A stretch of 12,339 bases of DNA. Source: Candidatus Undinarchaeota archaeon (GTDB taxonomy: Archaea; SpSt-1190). The translations under genes were made by a program, and so were the position numbers. A model generated the notes under the pieces. The model was not told the DNA's origin. It ran no database searches and was given only the letters and a program-made list of their open reading frames with translations. Of the stretch, positions 6,667 through 12,339 are shown piece after piece (within the stretch, counting starts at the first letter, position 1; every line of letters starts with the position of its first letter). The stretch spans positions 1 to 12,339 of the forward strand of contig CAYVAH010000024.1 of assembly GCA_964449215.1 (NCBI GenBank). Reading direction: 5' to 3'.

Positions 6667-7837
6667 AGAGGAACATCTGGGAGTTCACAAACTCGAAGAA
6701 GGGCTTCGGGAAGAGCCCCAGTGCAACCGAGAGGATGAACACGCCATAGAGGAACGCGCGGAACTTCTTGTTGACCTTTTTTTCTTCTGAGCCCTGTATG
6801 GAGGACAGGATGCGCAGGGCGACCAGGGCGTTGAGTATCAGGTTGAAGAGCAGGAAATATGAGACCGGCTGGGAAGCGGAGAAGACGGAGGAGAACAGCA
6901 GTATTTTGCTGGGGAAGAGGTGGAAGGGGGGAAGACCCGACAGGGCAAAGAAGGATGCATAGAATGGTAGCTCGAGTCCCCGGGGCGCCCTGAGGTCGTG
7001 TATGTCCAGGGAGCCGGACACCACGAGGGCGGTGAATGCGAAGCTCATGGCCAGCACGTGGCAGAACATCATGTAGAGGGCTGCTGTTCTCGAGCCGGGG
7101 CTTGCCATGGCGATTGCCAGCAGGAGATATGCGAGGTTGGAGGCGTCCATCAGGGCGAGTATCCTTTTTGTGGAGTTCTCTGTGAGTGCCATTGCATTCG
7201 CTATGAACATGGAGAACATCGCGAAGGCCTGGAGGACGGGGGACGGTTCCTGAATGATTATGAGCAGGGCGAGGGGGCTGATTTCCGTGAGTATTGCGGA
7301 GAAAAAGAGGATTGAGGACAGGGAAGCAGTGCGATAGATTTCCACCAGCCAGTCCTGGAATGGAGCTATGCCGAGTTTTATCAGGAGTCCGAGTGTGAAG
7401 AACACCAGAGCGCCACCGGTGAGTGCTGTGAGGGAACCCGTGGTGTAGTATTCAATCGCTATTGAGAAGAGCATCAGGGCGCTCCCCACTGAGTTAACCA
7501 CAAAATAGCGGAACACCGCGCGGAGGTCCCTCTTTTCAAGTATGAGGAAGTAGGAGGCATAGATGGCGAGTTCAAAATACACGAACAGCTCAAGAAGGTT
7601 GGAGCTTTGAAGGATGCCTATCAGGTCGAACATTGCCAGGAAAAAAAGCGGGTATTTTTCTGCCGGCCAGCTGGAGAGCCAGAGGACCAGCAGGGAAAGC
7701 CCGAAGAAGAAAGAGGCGATGAGGTGTCCACTCTCAATGGAGACAAGAATGGCTGCAAGGAAAGCCGCAGCTGTCAGCGGCTTTCTCATTCCCCTCATAA
7801 AGGGGAGTATAAGGGCCAGGGTCAGGAGGATGTCCAT
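6656..7837 (-). CDS. Antiporter-like membrane subunit, NuoN/MrpD-like (393 aa)
   Basis: FVYFEL, YFVVNSVGSALML, IKLGIAPFQDWLVEIY, KRILA, LSGLPPF...SK. GGTG lies 5 nt before the ATG. Confidence 0.88.
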   Translation of the reverse strand: MDILLTLALILPFMRGMRKPLTAAAFLAAILVSIESGHLIASFFFGLSLLVLWLSSWPAEKYPLFFLAMFDLIGILQSSNLLELFVYFELAIYASYFLILEKRDLRAVFRYFVVNSVGSALMLFSIAIEYYTTGSLTALTGGALVFFTLGLLIKLGIAPFQDWLVEIYRTASLSSILFFSAILTEISPLALLIIIQEPSPVLQAFAMFSMFIANAMALTENSTKRILALMDASNLAYLLLAIAMASPGSRTAALYMMFCHVLAMSFAFTALVVSGSLDIHDLRAPRGLELPFYASFFALSGLPPFHLFPSKILLFSSVFSASQPVSYFLLFNLILNALVALRILSSIQGSEEKKVNKKFRAFLYGVFILSVALGLFPKPFFEFVNSQMFLFTR

Positions 7838-8970
7838 GGTATCACCCCGGGTAACAGTAGCAGTGCTATTATGAGTGGGAGAGCCGTTTCGAGCTTTCTC
7901 CCGGACTTCTTGAAGAATACAGATAGGAGTCTCTCACAGTAGAGTATTGTGGGGAAAATTGCGAAGGCGAAAAATAACCCTGCGACCTTCGAGTATGCCC
8001 AGGTGGATTTCAGTATCCCAAGTTCCGTTGTGAATCCAAGCAGGGGTGGGAAGCCCGCCAGGGAGAGTGAGGATATGAGGGTCGTCAGGAACAGGGTTTT
8101 GGAGTCCACACGTATGTCACGGATTATGCGCATCCCTGTGTTTCTTATCAGCTCACCCGCTGTGAAGAAAAGGGAAGCCTTCGCCAGGGCATGCATTATC
8201 AGGAACAGGACCAGGAATTCCCTGGAGGTTAAAAGGGCGATGGCTGCGTATCCCATCTGTGAGACCGTTGAGTATGCAAGCAGCCGTTTTATGTCGTGTT
8301 CAGCGTTGGCGCCGACCGCTCCATAGATGGCAGAAATAATTCCAAGTGGAAGGAGGAGTTCAGGGGTTGAGGAATAGCGGAATACTCCGTAGGCGCCGCA
8401 GGCAACGACTGCTCCTGACAGCAGTGCGGAGAGCTGGAAAGGTGCTTGTGAGTGTGCGTCAGGTAGCCAGGAGTGGAAAGGGAACAGACCCATTTTTATT
8501 GCAAAACCAAGGGTCAGGAGTATGGAGGCGACTTTCCCTTCCCCGAGGAGCCCGGCAAGCACCAGCACCGATGACACCTGCATGAACCCGAAATACTTGA
8601 AGGCTGCGGAGGGGTCTTCCTGAAGTATTATGTAAAAGGCCGGGAAGAGCATCAGTTCGAGGAAGAAGAACAGCTCGAAGGGGTTGGTTGCACCGAGAAA
8701 CCCCACCAGCCCTGCAGAGAAAAGTATGAGCATTGCAATAACCGATTTTTTCAGGTCCCGTGCATAGACCAGTGAGGTCATCACCAGAAGGGCGAATGTG
8801 AAGGCGAGCGAGGGGTGCTGGGGGTTCCATGAGAACACTGTTCCAGGAAGCCATTCGAAGCGAAGCTGTTCATTCACGAAAAGGAAGGAAAGGATGGCAG
8901 ACCACCTTGCCAGATTCGGGTAATAGAGTGCCAGGACCGCGGAAGTCACGAGTATTGCTATTGTCAGCAC
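7822..8970 (-). CDS. Antiporter-like membrane subunit, NuoM/HyfB-like (382 aa)
   Basis: FFFLELM, IKMGLFPFHSWLPDAHSQAP, KRLLAYSTVSQMGY, HALAKASLF, GFPPLLGFTTE. Confidence 0.9.
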   Translation of the reverse strand: MLTIAILVTSAVLALYYPNLARWSAILSFLFVNEQLRFEWLPGTVFSWNPQHPSLAFTFALLVMTSLVYARDLKKSVIAMLILFSAGLVGFLGATNPFELFFFLELMLFPAFYIILQEDPSAAFKYFGFMQVSSVLVLAGLLGEGKVASILLTLGFAIKMGLFPFHSWLPDAHSQAPFQLSALLSGAVVACGAYGVFRYSSTPELLLPLGIISAIYGAVGANAEHDIKRLLAYSTVSQMGYAAIALLTSREFLVLFLIMHALAKASLFFTAGELIRNTGMRIIRDIRVDSKTLFLTTLISSLSLAGFPPLLGFTTELGILKSTWAYSKVAGLFFAFAIFPTILYCERLLSVFFKKSGRKLETALPLIIALLLLPGVIPWTSS

Positions 8971-10364
8971 AGCATCACCCCCATTGCAAGAGCCGCCAGT
9001 GAAGCGGCGATATACCCCACATCCCTGCCCACCGGGCCTGTGAATGTCCTGTTCAGCCTCTGGGAACCGTGCCTGGCAGCTCTCCCCACCAGATACCCCC
9101 AGTTTTCCAGTCTTTCTTCAGGAGGCTCCATCTCCGGGAACTTTCTGGAGAACAGCCAGTTGAGGGCATTGCCAGTGGCTGCCAGCGGCTTGAAGTTGAA
9201 GAGTATCAGTCCCGCTGCTGTTGCTGCGAGGATCGAGACCGTGCTGGAAAGCGGTGGCACTGACACGGGGTAGAGCAGCACTGAAAGGCCTGCCATTACA
9301 AGGGCAAGGAAGGTGCCAACCCCCCTTCGTGGGGGGGCTCCACCGGAAAAGCTTGCACAGTACATCCGGGTGAAGTACAAGACGGAGAGGAACACCGTCA
9401 GGGCCGCCGTGTTCTCACCAATCTTGAACCAGAACATTCCAAGGAGGGGTGCTCCTGAAAGTGAAAGCATGAGGAAAAGGGAAAGAGCGGAGGAAAGGGA
9501 TTTCCTGTTCAGTCCGGTTTCAAGTTCATATCCCTGTCCTGCAGCGTAGGTTCCGACAAGTATGAAGTAGGCGGCCTTGAGGAAGGCGTGCACTGAGAAT
9601 GCCACGGGTAGGAGGGGGGAGCTGAAGACCGTGTAGAGGAATGCCACCGTAGCTATGGTGGAGTATGCGAGCACCCTCTTCTGGTTGTGCTGGACAAGGG
9701 CAAGAAACGATGCCACAACAATCGAAAGCATTGCCCAACCCCTGATAAACCCGGAGAGGAACAGGAAGTGTTCCTGGAACCTGTGGAGCAAGAGGGGTCC
9801 CGCAGCTACCATGGTGGCTGAGTGGAGCAGTGCTGACACAGGGGTGGGAGCCTCCATCGCGTCGGGCAGCCACACGAAGGGGATTTGAGATGACTTGATC
9901 ATCGCCGCTATGAATAGCAGCAGGGCTGCAGTAGGGGGAACGACACCAAAGCTGAAGCTTCCAGTTTCCAGGCTTATCAGCACGATTGCCAGCAGAAATG
10001 CAACGCCACTTATTCTGTTGATTACCAGGGCCCGTCTTGCAGCTTTTCTCGCAGGTTCCGTTTCCCTGAGTGCTATTAGCAGGTAGGAGCAAAGACCCAT
10101 CAGTTCCCAGGAAAAATAGAGGTAAAGCCAGTCCTGTGCGTTCAGGAATAGCAGCATACTCGCCAGAAACACGGTCATCAACGCCACAAACTCGCGTTTT
10201 CTGTGCTTTATGTAGTCCATCGCGAATAACAGCGTGAAGAGACCTGTTGCAAGGCAGACCCCGTCCAGCAGGTTGCTCTGCACGGTAAGGGCTGCGAGTG
10301 TGGCCAGGACAGAAGCCCAGGGGGTAAGGAAGGAAAGAGCAGCACCTGCGAGGAGTTCCATCAT
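8964..10364 (-). CDS. Antiporter-like membrane subunit, NuoL/MrpA-like (about 466 aa)
   Basis: WELMGLCSYLLI, IKSSQIPFVWLPDAMEAPTPVSALLHSATMVAAG, KRVLAYST, HAFLKA, and a C-terminal lateral-helix-like stretch ending FTG plus one TM. ATG 10364 forms an ATGA overlap; GTG 10370 is the alternative start. Confidence 0.92.
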   Translation of the reverse strand: MMELLAGAALSFLTPWASVLATLAALTVQSNLLDGVCLATGLFTLLFAMDYIKHRKREFVALMTVFLASMLLFLNAQDWLYLYFSWELMGLCSYLLIALRETEPARKAARRALVINRISGVAFLLAIVLISLETGSFSFGVVPPTAALLLFIAAMIKSSQIPFVWLPDAMEAPTPVSALLHSATMVAAGPLLLHRFQEHFLFLSGFIRGWAMLSIVVASFLALVQHNQKRVLAYSTIATVAFLYTVFSSPLLPVAFSVHAFLKAAYFILVGTYAAGQGYELETGLNRKSLSSALSLFLMLSLSGAPLLGMFWFKIGENTAALTVFLSVLYFTRMYCASFSGGAPPRRGVGTFLALVMAGLSVLLYPVSVPPLSSTVSILAATAAGLILFNFKPLAATGNALNWLFSRKFPEMEPPEERLENWGYLVGRAARHGSQRLNRTFTGPVGRDVGYIAASLAALAMGVMLC

Positions 10365-10600
10365 TTCCACATCACCCTGTAGTTGCGAACGCCTGCCGTC
10401 CTCAATATCAGCAGGGAAAATGCAAATGGAACGGCTTCGATTGCCAGCAGGAAAAGGACTATGTCAGAGGCTCCGACCTTCACGAAGAGCAGGATTGCCG
10501 GGAAGGCGAGGAGGCTCGTTATTGCGGTGACTTTCAGCACGTCTCCCTCCCTGATGAGCCCATAAATGCAGAGCGTTAGTATGGAAACCTCCCAGATCAT
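10361..10600 (-). CDS. Small 3-TM subunit, NuoK/MnhC/MbhG-like (79 aa)
   Basis: IYGLIREGDVLK resembles GxYGLxxxxNLxK, with a TM3 Glu (LAIEAV). Sits directly before the NuoL-like gene. GAGGTG lies 5 nt before the ATG. Confidence 0.75.
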   Translation of the reverse strand: MIWEVSILTLCIYGLIREGDVLKVTAITSLLAFPAILLFVKVGASDIVLFLLAIEAVPFAFSLLILRTAGVRNYRVMWK

Positions 10601-10758
10601 TTTATCACCTCTATCCCTGCGACAAATGTGAACACCAGGGTGAAGGCCAGGAAAACCTCGTTGGTTCCGAGCCGGGCGAAGCTCGCTGCGGGGGGAGGAG
10701 AACCAAGCAGCATTACCAGGACTCCTAACAGTAAAACTGCGAGTGCTTCAGTCTTCAA
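10597..10758 (-). CDS. Small 2-TM subunit (53 aa), probable MbhE/MnhB-like or NuoJ C-terminal half
   Basis: Manual translation from TTG 10758 (GGAGGTG 6 nt upstream): MKTEALAVLLLGVLVMLLGSPPPAASFARLGTNEVFLAFTLVFTFVAGIEVIK. Its stop forms an ATGA overlap with the next gene. Missing from the ORF track. Confidence 0.75.
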   Translation of the reverse strand: MKTEALAVLLLGVLVMLLGSPPPAASFARLGTNEVFLAFTLVFTFVAGIEVIK

Positions 10759-10960
10759 TTATTTCACCTCCAAAGACCAGAAGAGCTATTGCTCCCATCG
10801 CCGACGCCATTGCCTGGACCGCCGCCGGTAGCACCATTCCCTTTTCGAACATGAAGGCTGCAAGCATCAGTCCGGCAGCAAAGAATGAAACAGCCACGTG
10901 CTCATGCTTCCTCGAAAGCACAACAGCCATAACCAGCACAGCTATGACAGACTCAAAGAT
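10748..10960 (-). CDS. Small 3-TM subunit, DUF4040/MbhD-like or NuoJ N-terminal half (63-70 aa)
   Basis: VIAVLVMAVVLSRKHEHVAVSFFAAGLMLAAFMFEKGMVLPAAVQA fits the MbhD/NuoJ-N pattern. Start uncertain: ATC 10960 (ideal SD spacing) or GTG 10939. Confidence 0.7.
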   Translation of the reverse strand: MFESVIAVLVMAVVLSRKHEHVAVSFFAAGLMLAAFMFEKGMVLPAAVQAMASAMGAIALLVFGGEIIED

Positions 10961-11730
10961 ACTACCACCTCCATCATGGCAATGATGTTCAGGGCTGTGA
11001 GATACCGGACCACCTTGTCCATCTGGAACCTGGGGAGAGCCACCGACACGAGTGATATTGCGATGAAGACCCCCAGAGTTTTTGCAAGGAGCCAGGCGGA
11101 CCCGAAAAAGGAAGCGAGAAGCGCACACACCGCAACGGCTTTTGCCTGTGTTGCATAATTGGTCAGCCCCAGGAGCGCTCCTGAAAGCTCAGCTTTCCAG
11201 CCACCTGCTATTTCGGACTCAGCTGTTGGCACGTCAAATGGTGGGAGTTCAAGCTCGGCCATGGCAGCCACAAATGCTACCGGGAAGAACACCAGCGCTG
11301 CTGGCGGCCATGGCAGGTCAAAGCCAAAGAGGAAAGCGGGTGCCAGGAAGGCAAGGGGAAATGCCGGGTCCAGGGACATCTTCATCCCGGCAAGTCTCGA
11401 GGCGCCTTGCATGGTAAAAGGGCTCTTTGACTCGAAGGCAATGAATGTCTTCAGGGCGATATCCACGAGGAAAAGTGCAAGCAGGATGACCAGCCTGTGA
11501 CTCCACTGGCTGAGTGCCACGAACAGGGCGAGAACATCCGTGGCGACCAGGAAAAGCACGGCCACCACGAGCAACCACCCCTTTTTCGGGAGTATCACTT
11601 CTTTGTTCAGGAGCTTCAGGAAATCATAAACGGGCTGCAGCAGTGGGGGTCCCACGCGCTTCTGCACCCTGGCGTCAAGCTTCCGCTGGACCCACTCAAA
11701 CAGGAAAGGCAGCAGCAGCTCATAGGCCAT
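10942..11730 (-). CDS. Complex I subunit 1 family (NuoH/HycD/EchB/MbhM-like), 262 aa
   Basis: RKLDARVQKRVGPPLLQPVYDFLKLLNKE and PPFDVPTAESEIAGG...ELSG, LPRFQMD. Confidence 0.95.
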   Translation of the reverse strand: MAYELLLPFLFEWVQRKLDARVQKRVGPPLLQPVYDFLKLLNKEVILPKKGWLLVVAVLFLVATDVLALFVALSQWSHRLVILLALFLVDIALKTFIAFESKSPFTMQGASRLAGMKMSLDPAFPLAFLAPAFLFGFDLPWPPAALVFFPVAFVAAMAELELPPFDVPTAESEIAGGWKAELSGALLGLTNYATQAKAVAVCALLASFFGSAWLLAKTLGVFIAISLVSVALPRFQMDKVVRYLTALNIIAMMEVVVSLSLS

Positions 11731-11938
11731 TCATCCACCCCTTTATCAGTGCCAGTAACAGGATTATGCTGGCTGAAGGTTCCTGAGGGATTATGAATAT
11801 TGAGGTGTGAATTGCTATGAGGGTGAGAAAAATGCGCGGGTAACCAACGGAGCCAGCTCTACCTGCGAGGTCGTGGCCGGCCGCATAGACCCTATGCTTC
11901 CAGTCTATTTTTTCATTACCAGTGCTTTTGTTGGACAT
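11720..11938 (-). CDS. Hypothetical small membrane protein within the operon (about 72 aa, start uncertain)
   Basis: The only long minus-strand frame spanning the 174-nt gap between the NuoI-like and NuoH-like genes. Two short hydrophobic stretches, and the stop overlaps the NuoH-like start as other operon junctions do. Confidence 0.55.
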   Translation of the reverse strand: MSNKSTGNEKIDWKHRVYAAGHDLAGRAGSVGYPRIFLTLIAIHTSIFIIPQEPSASIILLLALIKGWMNGL

Positions 11939-12168
11939 ACTTCTGTGCATACCGAACACCTTATGCATTTCTCGTGGTCAACTTTCACGAACCCTTCTTC
12001 GACCACGCTTATCGCCACTGCAGGGCAGTGCTTTACACAGAGGTGGCACTTTATACACTTGCTCTTGTCATAGGCCACCCTGCTCTCCGCCCACCTGGGG
12101 GTCTCCCTCCTGAAACCCTCGATGGTTTCTCTCCTGCGAAACAGACCTATCAACGCTTTGAGGAACAC
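11905..12168 (-). CDS. 2x[4Fe-4S] ferredoxin subunit, NuoI/EchF/MbhN-like (87 aa)
   Basis: CIKCHLCVKHCP and CIRCSVCTEVCP, with an N-terminal LKALIGLFRRRET typical of NuoI-like subunits. Confidence 0.92.
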   Translation of the reverse strand: MFLKALIGLFRRRETIEGFRRETPRWAESRVAYDKSKCIKCHLCVKHCPAVAISVVEEGFVKVDHEKCIRCSVCTEVCPTKALVMKK

Positions 12169-12338
12169 AGCTCAGCACCTTTTTTTATCGCGGCTATTAT
12201 GTCCGATGGCTTTGGCGGGCACCCCTCCACCTTTATGTCTCCCTTTATCCGGGGTCCCTTGCACTTGAACACACCACCATTTATGGCACAGGCACCTATG
12301 GCTATCGTTACCTTCGGTTCCGGCCCCTGTTCAAGCAC
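12150..12338 (-). CDS. NuoB/EchC/MbhJ-like small Fe-S subunit, C-terminal part (5' end outside the window)
   Basis: PEPKVTIAIGACAINGGVF and D-x-x-V-x-GCPPKP. Confidence 0.93.
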   Translation of the reverse strand: MLEQGPEPKVTIAIGACAINGGVFKCKGPRIKGDIKVEGCPPKPSDIIAAIKKGAELCSSKR

Positions 12339-12339
12339 C

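Noticed and set aside
10961..11128. N-terminal extension of the 126-aa track ORF
   Set aside because: It lies inside the NuoH-like gene. Only the hydrophobic 3' part looks real.
1..12339. CRISPR arrays, tRNA/rRNA, transposases, Sec/Pyl read-through
   Set aside because: None seen by eye. Intergenic gaps are short, no repeat arrays were found, and no in-frame stops interrupt conserved motifs.

Overview
Gene-dense archaeal window: TATA-type promoters about 20-30 nt ahead of start codons, GGTG Shine-Dalgarno sites inside operons, split GMP synthase and an HVO_2753-type zinc-ribbon gene. From left to right it holds: the AT-rich 5' end of a DUF262 (GmrSD-like) gene; a 52-aa zinc-ribbon gene missed by the ORF track; an orphan; an EamA transporter coupled to a DUF6390-like gene; a HAD phosphatase; an erythrin-VIT1 plus superoxide reductase operon; guaAB-guaAA; an in-frame fusion of a hydrogenase maturation protease with HypC; and a convergent minus-strand operon for a compact complex-I-like / group 4 [NiFe]-hydrogenase-like membrane complex (B, I, orphan, H, split J-like pair, K, L, M, N). 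The catalytic large subunit is not in the window. The most notable signal is two internal HypC-like domains, one behind the protease and one at the C-terminus of the DUF6390-like protein, near a miniaturised membrane complex with three antiporter-like subunits. All family calls come from motif recognition, not database searches.
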